A stretch of 64,000 nucleotides of DNA, from NCBI RefSeq assembly GCF_000421105.1, contig NZ_ATWF01000001.1, positions 404,930 to 468,929 of the forward strand, given 5' to 3'. How positions within the stretch are numbered: position 1 is the stretch's first letter; the number at the start of each line of letters is the position of its first letter. The position numbers and the translations under genes were made by a program. The notes under the pieces are model-generated. The model had not been told where the DNA came from. It was given only the letters and a program-made list of their open reading frames with translations, and searched no databases. Below are positions 28,943 to 39,289 of this stretch, piece by piece. The DNA is from Limisalsivibrio acetivorans (GTDB taxonomy: Bacteria; Chrysiogenota; Deferribacteres; Deferribacterales; Geovibrionaceae).

Positions 28943-31588
28943 TTATACGGTTAGTTTTCTCAGAACGAAATCGAGGATTCCGCCGTGCTTGAAGTATTGA
29001 ATCTCCACATCGGTGTCAAGGCGGCAGAGAGTGTCAAACTGGATAACCTGTCCATCCGGTTTTTTGGCCGTAACTCTGAGGGTTCCTCTCGGTTTTATAT
29101 CCCTGAGCCCTTCGATGGTCACCTCCTCGGTTCCGTCGATTCCGAGGGATGCCCACGACTCGCCGTTTTTGATAACAAGGGGTAGAATGCCCATTCCGGC
29201 GAGGTTACTTCTGTGGATACGCTCGAAACTTTCGGCGATGACAGCACGTATACCTAGGAGTTTGGTTCCCTTGGCGGCCCAGTCACGGCTGGAGCCTGTG
29301 CCGTATTCCTTACCGCCGAAGACGACGGAGGTTTTGCCTTCCGCCATGTACTTCATTGCGGCATCGTAGATAAATTCCTCACCGCCGTCAGGCATTATGC
29401 GGGTGTAGCCCCCTTCCTTGGGTTCGACCAGCTTGTTTTTAATGCGGACGTTGCCGAAGGTTCCCCGCATCATCACCTCATGGTTACCCCTTCTGGAGCC
29501 GTAGGAGTTGAAATCGGCGGGCTCTGTCCCGTGTTCCTGCAGATATCTTCCTGCGGGGTAGTCGGGGCGGATGGAGCCTGCGGGGCTTATGTGGTCGGTG
29601 GTTACAGTATCGCCGAGCAGGGCGATTATCTTAGCATCGCAGATATCCTCCGGCTCGGGGGGATTAACGGGGAAGTTTTCGAAGTAGGGGGGTCTGCGTA
29701 TGTATGTTGACTTAGGATCCCACTGGAATATCTCACCGGAGGGTGCCTCAAGCTCCTGCCAGAACCTGTCGCCATCAAGGATACGTCCGTATTCTCGCTC
29801 AAAATCCTCTTTGGAAATACTCTTCTCCACAAGCTCCCAAATCTCTTCGGAGGTGGGCCACAGGTCTTTAAGATAAACGGGTTCACCGTTGGGGTTATAG
29901 GCCACAGGCTCGTTTGTGAGGTCCTTGGTTGTGGTTCCCGCAAGTGCGTATATAACCACGAGCATGGGGGAGGCGAGGAAGTTTGAGCGGACACTGCCGT
30001 GTATCCTCGCTTCGAAGTTTCTGTTGCCTGAAAGCACAGAGGCAACGTTAAGCCCGTTCTCCTTAACCGCATCCTCTATAATGGGGTTAAGGGGGCCGGC
30101 GTTTCCGATACATGTTGTGCATCCATATCCTGCCAGATGGAAGCGCAGAGCCTCAAGGTATGTCAACGTACCCGATTTTTCAAGATAGCTCGTCACCACC
30201 TTGGAGCCGGGTGCGAGACTTGTCTTCACGTAAGGGGGTACACGCAGACCGTGTTCCAGTGCCTTCTTTGCCACAAGCCCTGCACCAACCATAACGAAGG
30301 GGTTCGATGTGTTTGTGCATGATGTTATGGCCGCTATAACAACGGAGCCGTTCTTCAGTTTGAAATCCTCTCCGTTAAGGGTTAGGGGGATCTCTTTCTC
30401 GTTTTTAGAGCCCTCTTCGATAACCTTTGGCAGATCGGGGAGCTTCACCCTCTGCTGGGGCTTTGAGGGGCCTGCAACACATGGTTCAACGGTGGAGAGA
30501 TCCAGTTCCACAACGCTTGAGTATTCCGGCTCGTCCGTTCCGTCATAGAAAAGGCCGTTCTCTTTTGTATACTTCTCAACCAGCTCAGCTTCCTCCTCCC
30601 TGTTGGTGAAACGGAGGTAGCGGAGTGTTTCGTCGTCCACAGGGAAGAAGCTCATGGTGCAGCCGAATTCGGGGGACATATTCGATATGGTTGATCTGTC
30701 GGGTAGCTTAAGCTCCTTTATTCCGGGGCCAAAGACCTCGACAAACTTCTCGACCACGTTGTGCTTACGCAGAAGCTCGGTAATGGTGAGAACCACATCC
30801 GTTCCTGTGATCCCCTCCTTTATCTTTCCTGTGAGCTTAAGACCCACAACTTCGGGGATGGGCATGTAGTAGGGCTGTCCGAGCATAACAGCCTCCGCCT
30901 CGATACCTCCAACGCCCCAGCCCATAACGCCGATGGCGTTGATCATAGGGGTGTGGCTGTCGGTACCCACGAGGGTATCGCATATGGCTACGCTCTCACC
31001 GTCGATCTCTCTGGTATCCACAACCTTGCCGAGATACTCGAGGTTCACCTGATGGCATATGCCCGAGCTCGGGGGGACGATGCGGAAGTTGCTGAACGCC
31101 TTCTGTCCCCATTTAAGGACGGAGTAGCGTTCGCCGTTACGTTCATACTCAAGGGCAACGTTCTTCTCAAGGCTGTCCTTACTGCCGAAGTAGTCCACCT
31201 GTACGGAGTGGTCTACGATAAGATCCACAGGTACAAGGGGGTTAATAACGGAAGGGTCCTTCTTCATATCATCAACGGCGTCTCTCATGGCGGCAAGATC
31301 CACAACGCCGGGTATGCCCGTGTAGTCCTGCATGATAACCCTTGCCGGGTGGTATGGGATCTCATGGGGTGCGTCATAGGTGGTCTTCCAGTTTGCGATC
31401 TCTTTCACATCCTCTTCGCTTACCACCTCGCCGTCCATGTTGCGCAGAAGATTCTCCACAAGGACACGTATAGAATAAGGGAGCCTGTTTATGTCGCCGA
31501 CTCCATCCTTCTTCAGCTTCATTATGTCATACATTGTGAGGGAGCCCTTTGAGGTCTCCAGTGTTTTTTTGTAATCAGCTCTTTTCAT
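28943..31588 (-). CDS. acnA: Aconitate hydratase A
   Basis: 881 aa; Fe-S ligand cysteines and aconitase family swivel domain. Confidence 0.95.
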   Translation of the reverse strand: MKRADYKKTLETSKGSLTMYDIMKLKKDGVGDINRLPYSIRVLVENLLRNMDGEVVSEEDVKEIANWKTTYDAPHEIPYHPARVIMQDYTGIPGVVDLAAMRDAVDDMKKDPSVINPLVPVDLIVDHSVQVDYFGSKDSLEKNVALEYERNGERYSVLKWGQKAFSNFRIVPPSSGICHQVNLEYLGKVVDTREIDGESVAICDTLVGTDSHTPMINAIGVMGWGVGGIEAEAVMLGQPYYMPIPEVVGLKLTGKIKEGITGTDVVLTITELLRKHNVVEKFVEVFGPGIKELKLPDRSTISNMSPEFGCTMSFFPVDDETLRYLRFTNREEEAELVEKYTKENGLFYDGTDEPEYSSVVELDLSTVEPCVAGPSKPQQRVKLPDLPKVIEEGSKNEKEIPLTLNGEDFKLKNGSVVIAAITSCTNTSNPFVMVGAGLVAKKALEHGLRVPPYVKTSLAPGSKVVTSYLEKSGTLTYLEALRFHLAGYGCTTCIGNAGPLNPIIEDAVKENGLNVASVLSGNRNFEARIHGSVRSNFLASPMLVVIYALAGTTTKDLTNEPVAYNPNGEPVYLKDLWPTSEEIWELVEKSISKEDFEREYGRILDGDRFWQELEAPSGEIFQWDPKSTYIRRPPYFENFPVNPPEPEDICDAKIIALLGDTVTTDHISPAGSIRPDYPAGRYLQEHGTEPADFNSYGSRRGNHEVMMRGTFGNVRIKNKLVEPKEGGYTRIMPDGGEEFIYDAAMKYMAEGKTSVVFGGKEYGTGSSRDWAAKGTKLLGIRAVIAESFERIHRSNLAGMGILPLVIKNGESWASLGIDGTEEVTIEGLRDIKPRGTLRVTAKKPDGQVIQFDTLCRLDTDVEIQYFKHGGILDFVLRKLTV

Positions 31589-31618
31589 AAAAACTCCTTT
31601 TCATATCATATGTTAAGG

Positions 31619-32383
31619 TTATTCATTCTTTCCTGTATTTCCGAATTTGTTCATAAATGTGCTAAGCAGCTCCACAGGTAGCGGGAATACTATGGTGGAG
31701 TTCTTCTCCGCAGAGATCTCCGTAAGAGTCTGCAGGTAACGGAGCTGGACAGATATGGGGCTCTTCTGCATGATATCGCTCGCCTCTGCAAGCTTTTGGG
31801 CAGACTGCATCTCACCCTCGGCGTGGATGATCTTCGCTCTTCGCTCCCTCTCTGCCTGGGCCTGCTTTGCCATAGCTCTCTGCATCTCCTGGGGGAGGTC
31901 GATGTGCTTTATCTCCACCGAGCTCACTTTAACGCCCCAGGGGTCTGTCTGCGCATCGATAATATCCTGCAGTTCCTGGTTAATCTTCTCCCTGTTGCTA
32001 AGGAGATCATCAAGCTCAAACTGGCCGATAACACTTCGCAGCGTTGTCTGAGCGAGTTGGCTTGTGGCGTAGTAGTAATCCTCAACCTCAAGGATGGCGT
32101 TCTGGGAGTTTATTACACGGAAATAGATAACCGCATTAACCTCCACGGAGACGTTGTCCTTTGTGATAATGTCCTGCGGGGGAACATCCATGACCACGGT
32201 ACGAAGGTTTGTCTTTGCCATCTTCTCAATGATGGGGATTACGATGATAAGACCCGGTCCGCGCACTCCGGAAAACCGGCCAAGACGGAAGATAACAGCC
32301 CTTTCATATTCACGCAGAATACGAATGCCGTTGGCGATTAGTAGAACTACAAGTATCAGAAGAACAGTACTCGCCTGAAACAT
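31619..32383 (-). CDS. SPFH/band 7 (stomatin/HflC-like) membrane protein
   Basis: 254 aa; N-terminal TM helix; SPFH core and C-terminal coiled coil. Confidence 0.85.
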   Translation of the reverse strand: MFQASTVLLILVVLLIANGIRILREYERAVIFRLGRFSGVRGPGLIIVIPIIEKMAKTNLRTVVMDVPPQDIITKDNVSVEVNAVIYFRVINSQNAILEVEDYYYATSQLAQTTLRSVIGQFELDDLLSNREKINQELQDIIDAQTDPWGVKVSSVEIKHIDLPQEMQRAMAKQAQAERERRAKIIHAEGEMQSAQKLAEASDIMQKSPISVQLRYLQTLTEISAEKNSTIVFPLPVELLSTFMNKFGNTGKNE

Positions 32384-32386
32384 CAG

Positions 32387-33337
32387 TTGACCTCCAAAAT
32401 CAATTTCTGTATCATTTTAACCTTAATAACAAACATTTTCCAGAAAACCGGAGTTTACCCCATGAACATAAGAAGTATGACAGGCTACGGCAAGGCCGCT
32501 GTTTCTGCCGATGTATGCGATGTCAGAATCGAAATGAAAAGCGTAAACAGCAAATATCTTGATCTTAACATCCGTATGCCCCGTTATCTCGCCTTTCTTG
32601 AGATTACCCTCAAAAACAGGATAAGGGAGCTTTTGGAGAGAGGCAAGGTCGATGTCTATGTTGATGTCGTTCTTAAGAAATCACAGTACAAGCCGATGCT
32701 CAACCATGAGCTCCTTGAGGGTTATCTCGCCCTCATGGATGAGATGAAGAACGACTACGGCGTTAAGGGTGAGCCCGAGCTTGACAACGTTCTCAGTCTC
32801 CCCGATGTTATCGGAACCAAGGAGGATGACCAGATAGGTGAGCTCGTTAAGCCGGTTCTACTCGAAGCGGTTGAAAAAGCCTGCACCGAGATAGATTCCA
32901 TGAGGGTAAGTGAAGGGGACAGCCTTCGGGATGATCTTGAGGAAAGGCTTAATATTATCGAATCGATCAATAATGAGATTGACGAAAACCGTAATGACGT
33001 TTATCAATATTGGTACGACAAATACCGTTCACGTCTTAAAGATATAACAGATGGCGAGATTACCGAGGACAGGATAGTTCAGGAAGCGGCCATGCACGCC
33101 GAAAAAGGGGATATAACCGAAGAGGTTACAAGAATTGTGTCCCACCTGAAACAGTTCCGTGAAACCCTCGCCAAGGGCTCCCCCTGCGGTAAAAAGCTTG
33201 ACTTTCTTTGTCAGGAATTCAACAGGGAGTTTAACACCATCGGCTCAAAGAGCTCGAAGGTGGATATAATCAACGGCGTAGTCCAGGGCAAAAGCGAACT
33301 GGACAGGATACGCGAACAGGTACAAAACATAGTCTGA
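32387..33337 (+). CDS. yicC: YicC family stress-induced protein (endoribonuclease YicC)
   Basis: 316 aa; N-terminal [10 protein letters not shown] and C-terminal DUF1732 region; located upstream of gmk as in many genomes. Confidence 0.85.
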   Translation: MTSKINFCIILTLITNIFQKTGVYPMNIRSMTGYGKAAVSADVCDVRIEMKSVNSKYLDLNIRMPRYLAFLEITLKNRIRELLERGKVDVYVDVVLKKSQYKPMLNHELLEGYLALMDEMKNDYGVKGEPELDNVLSLPDVIGTKEDDQIGELVKPVLLEAVEKACTEIDSMRVSEGDSLRDDLEERLNIIESINNEIDENRNDVYQYWYDKYRSRLKDITDGEITEDRIVQEAAMHAEKGDITEEVTRIVSHLKQFRETLAKGSPCGKKLDFLCQEFNREFNTIGSKSSKVDIINGVVQGKSELDRIREQVQNIV

Positions 33338-33343
33338 GTTGAT

Positions 33344-33961
33344 ATGAAGGTATGGAAAGGCAAGCTCTTTGTGGTCAGTGCACCGAGCGGTGCGGGGAAA
33401 ACCAGCCTCTGCAACCGTCTCCTTGAGGAAGAGGAGCGGATAAGCTATTCCATCTCCTACACAACCAGACAGCCCCGCCATGACGAAGAGCATGGGCGGG
33501 ACTATTTCTTTATAAACGTTGAAGAATTTGAATCGATGATTGAGGACGGAGAGTTCATCGAATGGGCAAAAGTCCACAATAACTACTACGGAACGAGGAA
33601 GAAAACCGTTGAGGAATACCTCGCCGACGGAAGGGACGTTCTCCTTGACATTGACCCCCAGGGTGCAAGACAGTTGCGAAAGAAGCTGGGCTACGGGGTA
33701 TATATCTTCATAACCGCACCAAGTATTGCAGAGCTTGAGAAACGCCTTAGAAACAGACGTACGGAACCCGAAGAGATAATGAAACTCCGGCTTGATAATG
33801 CCAGAAAAGAGCTTAAGCTTTTCGGCGAGTACGATTATATTATACTTAACCAGGATTTTGACGAAGCTTACAGATGCCTATCATCCGTATACCTTGCGGA
33901 GCATCTGAAAACCATTGATATAAACAGCATACACGACCTTATGGAAAAGGAGGAACAATAG
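33344..33961 (+). CDS. gmk: Guanylate kinase
   Basis: 205 aa, SAPSGAGKTSL P-loop, GMP-binding YSISYTTR. Confidence 0.9.
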   Translation: MKVWKGKLFVVSAPSGAGKTSLCNRLLEEEERISYSISYTTRQPRHDEEHGRDYFFINVEEFESMIEDGEFIEWAKVHNNYYGTRKKTVEEYLADGRDVLLDIDPQGARQLRKKLGYGVYIFITAPSIAELEKRLRNRRTEPEEIMKLRLDNARKELKLFGEYDYIILNQDFDEAYRCLSSVYLAEHLKTIDINSIHDLMEKEEQ

Positions 33962-33964
33962 ACC

Positions 33965-34186
33965 ATGCCGATGCTTGATATCGAAAAGATAATAAGAAAA
34001 CCCCATGTAAGGAGCCGTTTCAGGCTTGTTCATATGGCGGGTGTTCGTGCGAAAGAGCTTAATGATGCTAGGGAGAATACCCTTGATGCACAGCTTGGCG
34101 ACCACTATAAAGTGACCACCACCGCCCTTGATGAGCTTATCAGAGAAAAGGTTGCCTTTAGACAGATTGAAGAGGAAAATGAGTAA
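33965..34186 (+). CDS. rpoZ: DNA-directed RNA polymerase subunit omega
   Basis: 73 aa, RFRLVHMAGVRAKEL motif, gmk-rpoZ synteny. Confidence 0.85.
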   Translation: MPMLDIEKIIRKPHVRSRFRLVHMAGVRAKELNDARENTLDAQLGDHYKVTTTALDELIREKVAFRQIEEENE

Positions 34187-35363
34187 CGTTCTAATTGGCG
34201 TTTCGGGCGGAATAGCCTGCTATAAGATACCTACGCTCTGCCGTCTTTTCAAAAGAGCCGGATGGAACGTTAAGGTTATCATGACAGATAACGCCGCCCG
34301 GTTTATTACACCGCTTACATTTGAGTCCGTAACAGGCACAAGGTGCTATGTCGGAGAGTTTGACCCGGGGTTGGACCCCGAGCTTATTGAGCATATAGAT
34401 CTGGCCGAATGGGCGGATCTTTTCATTATTGCCCCGGCCACAGCAAACACCATAGCCAAGATAACAGGAGGGATAGCAGACAATCTGCTGACTTCTACTG
34501 TATTGGTGTATCGCAGACCACTCTTCGTGGTTCCAGCCATGAATACGAACATGCTTGAGAACCCAATGACACAGGAAAACCTTTCCAAACTCGAAAGACT
34601 AGGGCATACGGTTATGGAGCCGGACAGCGGCGAGCTCGCATGCGGAACCACCGGAAAAGGGCGTATGCCCGATCCTGATGTTATCTTCAACATGTGTGCA
34701 GGACCCAGGCCATTGGCGGGAAAGAAGGTTATTGTGACCGCAGGGCCTACTGTCGAGGCGGTTGATCCCGTACGCTTCATATCAAACCACTCAAGCGGAA
34801 GGATGGGACTTGCCGTTGCCGATGCAGCAAGAAGCCTTGGTGCAGAGGTACTTATCATAGCCGGCCCACTCAAGGTGGATACAAAGGAGCATGAGCTCAT
34901 ACCGGTCATATCCGCAAATGATATGCTTGATGCTCTTAAAGAAAACATAGACAGTTGCGACATCCTCATAATGGCCGCCGCCGTGGCAGACTATGCACCG
35001 GCAGAGGTTTCCGAGCATAAAATTAAAAAGGATGAGAGCGAGATGGTGCTCAAGCTGAGGCGCAACCCCGATATCCTTAAGGAGCTTGCTCCGTATAAGA
35101 GAGAAGGGCAGGTATTTTGTGGATTTGCCGCAGAATCACAGGATGTTGCGGACAATGCCCTGAAGAAGTTGAAGAGTAAATCTCTGGATATGATTGTAGC
35201 TAATGATATATCCAGAAATGACATAGGATTTAACTCCGCAGATAACGAGGCTGTAATATATTTCAGAGACGGCTCCAGCAAGGAGTTTGCAAAGGCTGGC
35301 AAGTTTGAGCTCGGCAAAGCTGTCCTCGAATACGCATTAGATATGCTCGGGGATGACAAATGA
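34179..35363 (+). CDS. coaBC: Bifunctional phosphopantothenoylcysteine decarboxylase / phosphopantothenate-cysteine ligase (likely start at ATG 34179 overlapping rpoZ stop)
   Basis: Flavoprotein N-domain (GVSGGIACYK) and CoaB C-domain; ORF track start 34128 is probably upstream of the true start. Confidence 0.9.
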   Translation: MSNVLIGVSGGIACYKIPTLCRLFKRAGWNVKVIMTDNAARFITPLTFESVTGTRCYVGEFDPGLDPELIEHIDLAEWADLFIIAPATANTIAKITGGIADNLLTSTVLVYRRPLFVVPAMNTNMLENPMTQENLSKLERLGHTVMEPDSGELACGTTGKGRMPDPDVIFNMCAGPRPLAGKKVIVTAGPTVEAVDPVRFISNHSSGRMGLAVADAARSLGAEVLIIAGPLKVDTKEHELIPVISANDMLDALKENIDSCDILIMAAAVADYAPAEVSEHKIKKDESEMVLKLRRNPDILKELAPYKREGQVFCGFAAESQDVADNALKKLKSKSLDMIVANDISRNDIGFNSADNEAVIYFRDGSSKEFAKAGKFELGKAVLEYALDMLGDDK

Positions 35364-35998
35364 GCAGGCTTTTCGATGAAAACCCCATTGAGGAGATCTA
35401 CGGAGTCAGTGAAATCCTTGAACCACAGGTTCCCGCCGTCCCAGAAGACCCCGAGGAAGAGGATTTCAAGGAAAAGGTTCTTTCCTGCACTAAATGCCAC
35501 CTCCACGAGACCCGTACAAACGTTGTCTATGGTGTTGGTGATATGAATGCGGATCTGATGTTCGTTGGTGAAGGGCCTGGCGCAGAAGAGGACAAGCAGG
35601 GGATACCCTTTGTGGGGAGAGCCGGTCAGTTGCTTACAAAGATGATCATCGCCATGAAGTACGAGCGTGAGGATGTTTTCATCGCAAATATCGTTAAATG
35701 TCGTCCTCCCGGCAACCGTGCTCCCTATCAGGATGAGGCGGATGCCTGCATACCTTACCTGTATAAACAGATCGAGATGGTTAAGCCGAAGGTTATTGTC
35801 TGCCTCGGGAGCGTCTCAGCCCAGTATCTGCTTAAAACAAAAACAAGCATATCCAAGATCCGCGGAGAATACGTGGATATGAACGGTATCATGGTTATGC
35901 CCACCTTCCACCCTGCGTATCTTCTTCGTAATCCTAAGATGAAGAAATTTGTTTGGGAAGATCTCCAAAAGGTTATGAAAACTCTCGGCAAAATGTAG
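35360..35998 (+). CDS. Uracil-DNA glycosylase family 4
   Basis: 212 aa; 4Fe-4S cysteines (CTKCHLHE), GEGPGAEED motif. Confidence 0.85.
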   Translation: MSRLFDENPIEEIYGVSEILEPQVPAVPEDPEEEDFKEKVLSCTKCHLHETRTNVVYGVGDMNADLMFVGEGPGAEEDKQGIPFVGRAGQLLTKMIIAMKYEREDVFIANIVKCRPPGNRAPYQDEADACIPYLYKQIEMVKPKVIVCLGSVSAQYLLKTKTSISKIRGEYVDMNGIMVMPTFHPAYLLRNPKMKKFVWEDLQKVMKTLGKM

Positions 35999-36072
35999 CA
36001 TTTTTCTGTCACTGCTCAATAATTATGTGATAAAATTCCATATAGACAATTTCACCTACCAGGAGCAGAGCA

Positions 36073-37269
36073 ATGTTAAAATATTTTGTTCTTATTGTAT
36101 CGGTTGTGGCCTTATCAGGCTGTATGAAATCCTCGCCAAAGGTTGACCCGATGGCGTATCAAGTTATGCCATCGGACACTCATTTCATAACAATACCAGA
36201 CACATGTAAATCCTCTTATACCTTTGAAAAGCCCCGAATCGCCGTAGTTGAGTTTAGCAATAATACTGGATACGGTGACATGAAGGCTCAGAATACCCAG
36301 TTCCAGGGAGAGTCTGAGACCAAACGTGTTAGCGGCGGGGTGGCCGGTGTAGTTGCAACACCCGGAGCAGTGGGTGTGGGTTATGTAGGTGCATCCAAAA
36401 CAGATCATAAATACTCCGGCAGTGTAGACACATATATGAGAGATATCTCTCCTAAGGTTGGAGAATATGCTCAGAATGCCGTTGAAACGACTGTACACTC
36501 ACTCGGCGGCATGGAGGTTTTCGATAGAACTAACCTCCAGAAGATAATGAGTGAGCACAAGTTTCAAATGACTGTGGGCGACCCCGATACAGCCGTTCAG
36601 CTTGGAAAACTTGCAGGTGTTGAGTACATCTTCACAGGAAGCGTTGATTCCATCAGTGCAAAATACGTCCCCAAATCAAGTACAAGAAATAACCAGGCAG
36701 GCTGGCTCGGTGCAGCTATGAGCCTTACTGCCATGGCTGCTAATACACAGTCCGGATGGATTGTGAATGTGGAAATGACAACCAAGATGCTCGATGTCTC
36801 CACAGGACAGGTGATCATAAACCGCAAGGTGCAGGGGCGTGAGGTTGCCGGCGGTGGTAAGGCACTGAATCCGGAGCTTATCGTAAGTGCTGCAAAGAAG
36901 GCGATGGGCGAAGCTGTGGCTGATCTCAATCCAGAACTCTCCCAGAAGTTTGCGCCCGGCGGCTACATAAAGCAGATTCGTGGCGGCAAAAAGGTTGCTC
37001 TTGTGAATATGGGCTTCAATAATGGTCTTGAGGCGGGTCAAAGCCTTGCAGTATATGATATATTCGAAGTCAAAGACCCATTCACTCAAGAATCAGCCTG
37101 TAATATGGCTATTATTCCGATTGAGGTAATTGTTTCTAATCAGATTCAGGAAGATCAAGCCTGGGTCGAGCTAAAGGGTGAGCCTGCTGCGCTTGAGAGA
37201 GTTAAGGTTGGTTCGCTTATACGCAAGTCGCAGGAGAAGGGGCAGAGTGTGTTGAAGAAAATGTTCTGA
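36073..37269 (+). CDS. CsgG/HfaB-family lipoprotein with about 120-aa C-terminal extension
   Basis: 398 aa; lipobox LSGC; IAVVEFSNNTG and FDRTNLQKIMSEHKFQ resemble the CsgG family core. Confidence 0.6.
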   Translation: MLKYFVLIVSVVALSGCMKSSPKVDPMAYQVMPSDTHFITIPDTCKSSYTFEKPRIAVVEFSNNTGYGDMKAQNTQFQGESETKRVSGGVAGVVATPGAVGVGYVGASKTDHKYSGSVDTYMRDISPKVGEYAQNAVETTVHSLGGMEVFDRTNLQKIMSEHKFQMTVGDPDTAVQLGKLAGVEYIFTGSVDSISAKYVPKSSTRNNQAGWLGAAMSLTAMAANTQSGWIVNVEMTTKMLDVSTGQVIINRKVQGREVAGGGKALNPELIVSAAKKAMGEAVADLNPELSQKFAPGGYIKQIRGGKKVALVNMGFNNGLEAGQSLAVYDIFEVKDPFTQESACNMAIIPIEVIVSNQIQEDQAWVELKGEPAALERVKVGSLIRKSQEKGQSVLKKMF

Positions 37270-37279
37270 TCTGATTTAA

Positions 37280-37340
37280 TGTATGGAATTTCCATGGATT
37301 GGAAATTCCATTCATTAAATAAAGCAAAATTCCATAATAT
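37280..37340. repeat. Repeat locus R2 (atggaatttccatgg palindromic module)
   Basis: gtatggaatttccatggattggaaattccat shares modules with R1, R3 and R4. Confidence 0.6.
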
Positions 37341-37349
37341 AAAATAAGA

Positions 37350-37376
37350 AAAGCGGCTCTGCCGAGAAGCCGCTTC
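37350..37376. terminator. Bidirectional intrinsic terminator
   Basis: aagcggctctgccgagaagccgctt hairpin with T-rich flanks on both strands. Confidence 0.5.
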
Positions 37377-37441
37377 ACTTTGCTATTTTCCAGGTGTCAT
37401 ATTGTCTCAGTGCCTGTGTTTAAACAGTAACACTGCTTGGG

Positions 37442-37612
37442 TCCTATATTATCTGCGGGCAGCACCAGCGCAGGTTTTCCTGCTCTCTATGTGTGCCTGC
37501 TTAACAGCTATGTCGTAAGCTGCGTCGTACTTAATGAAGCCCTCAACAGCACAGAAAGTACTGATGTCATTTTCCATGGTATTTTTGGTGTTCTTAACGG
37601 AATCTGAATTTT
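37442..37612 (-). CDS. Possible small protein (56 aa, MKNSDSVKNTKNTMENDISTFCAVEGFIKYDAAYDIAVKQAHIESRKTCAGAARR), below the ORF-track cutoff
   Basis: ATG with GAGGG 8 nt upstream, immediately downstream of the C_GCAxxG_C_C gene on the same strand, followed by the 37350 terminator. Confidence 0.25.
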
Positions 37613-37722
37613 TCATAATTCTGCCCTCGTTGTTTTATTATGACAATAAACAACGATAATATAACAAAATCAATAGATTGTTTTAAAAAGGGGTTATATA
37701 GAGTTATATATTGCTGGTGTGG

Positions 37723-38184
37723 CTAAATAATATTTTCTCGGCAAGAGATGTTGAGCAGAAGCTTTACAGCTGTGTCGATACACCGTCTACAGCTCCTGTA
37801 CTGCCCTATACCAAAGGCCTTGGATGAGCTCTTCTTGATAGTTCTACAGCAGGTTGCTCCCATCTCTTGTTTGAAGCCCTTCATTATTTCTGCAGAAAGC
37901 TTTTCAGTGCGGGCGGGGGAGGTTATATTGTCCGTTCGGCCAATTCTGCTGCTCAGCAGGATTACAGATGCGTTCAGTGCACCGCAGATACAGCCTGTGG
38001 CGCCGATACCTTCCACGAGAGCGGTCATTGCTTTCTTTAGCTCATCGGGAAATTCAACGCCGAGAGCTTTTTCATATGTTATTGTGACAGCCTCTGAGCA
38101 GTAATACCCATCCTTAAAAAGGCGGAATGCTTCATCTGCATAGGTTTGGATTACCTCATCGGCACACAGGTTTGCTCTTTGCAT
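37723..38184 (-). CDS. C_GCAxxG_C_C family (putative redox-active) protein
   Basis: 153 aa; CSEAV..., GCICGALN (C-GCAxxG-like) and CRRC motifs. Confidence 0.7.
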   Translation of the reverse strand: MQRANLCADEVIQTYADEAFRLFKDGYYCSEAVTITYEKALGVEFPDELKKAMTALVEGIGATGCICGALNASVILLSSRIGRTDNITSPARTEKLSAEIMKGFKQEMGATCCRTIKKSSSKAFGIGQYRSCRRCIDTAVKLLLNISCRENII

Positions 38185-38226
38185 AACGGGAAATATACAG
38201 TTCAGGAAGATCTTGTCAATAAAAAC

Positions 38227-39267
38227 CTATCTATCGCTGAGATCATCATAGATCTGCTGAATGGAACCGAGGTTTTTGAAAAAATGGTCAACCAGCTTAG
38301 GGTCAAAGTGTTTACCTTTTTCGCTCTCAAGGAGGTCCAAGGCTTTTTGGAAGGGCCACGGGTCCTTATAAGGTCTTCTAGTGGTGAGTGCATCGAAAAC
38401 ATCTGCGATGGCGACAATTCTACCCTCAAGGGGTATATTCTCCCTTGTCAGGCCGTTGGGGTAGCCTGTGCCGTTAAAACGCTCGTGGTGGGTTAGGGCG
38501 ATATTCGCTCCAGTTTCAAGAAAGGGGCTTTTTGTATTAAGCAGTATCTCATAACCGATGGTTGTATGAGACTTCATCACATCGAATTCCTCATCGGTAA
38601 GCTTGCCTGGCTTAAGCAGTATGGAATCGGCAATACCTACTTTGCCCAGATCATGGAGTGGTGCGGAGTGGAATATAATACTCTGGAACTCTTCGCTGGC
38701 TCCAATAGAAGAGGAGATAATCTTGCAGTAGTGTGCAACACGCTGGATATGGTGTCCTGTTTCAGGATCCTTAAATTCAGCTGTTTTACCAATTACATTG
38801 AGTGTTTCATATTCTCTTTGACGGATGTCTTCGGTGGCTTTTGAAACCTCCTCCTGTAGCAGGAGTGCTTTATTAGCCAGCAGAAGTTGTGAACTGCGGA
38901 GTGCGCCGAGATTCTTTACCCTGACGGTGAACTCTGCACCATTAACCGGTTTGCTCAAAAACTCCGTTGCTCCGCTTTCAAGAGCTTCCATCTTAACATC
39001 ATTATCATCGGAAACAGCTGTGATCATAACGATAGGGGCGTCGGAATGCACCTTTCGTGCTTCCTTTATAAAGGTGATTCCATCAATATTAGGCATCATG
39101 TAGTCCACAAAGATGAGGTCCACATCGTTTTCTCGTACGTATGTAAGTGCTTCGAGGGGATCGGAAAAGCTAACAACGCTCAGACCAAGCTTGGCGGCCA
39201 TCGCTTCTATAAAGAAGAGATTCACTTCCGAATCATCAACAGAAACCGCCTTCAGGTTTTCAAGCAA
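38227..39267 (-). CDS. Two-component response regulator with HD-GYP c-di-GMP phosphodiesterase domain (RpfG-like)
   Basis: 346 aa; REC (VDDSEVN...DYMMP) plus HD..HHERFNGTGYP. Confidence 0.85.
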   Translation of the reverse strand: MLENLKAVSVDDSEVNLFFIEAMAAKLGLSVVSFSDPLEALTYVRENDVDLIFVDYMMPNIDGITFIKEARKVHSDAPIVMITAVSDDNDVKMEALESGATEFLSKPVNGAEFTVRVKNLGALRSSQLLLANKALLLQEEVSKATEDIRQREYETLNVIGKTAEFKDPETGHHIQRVAHYCKIISSSIGASEEFQSIIFHSAPLHDLGKVGIADSILLKPGKLTDEEFDVMKSHTTIGYEILLNTKSPFLETGANIALTHHERFNGTGYPNGLTRENIPLEGRIVAIADVFDALTTRRPYKDPWPFQKALDLLESEKGKHFDPKLVDHFFKNLGSIQQIYDDLSDR

Positions 39268-39289
39268 GTGTCACCTCGTTATTTTATCT

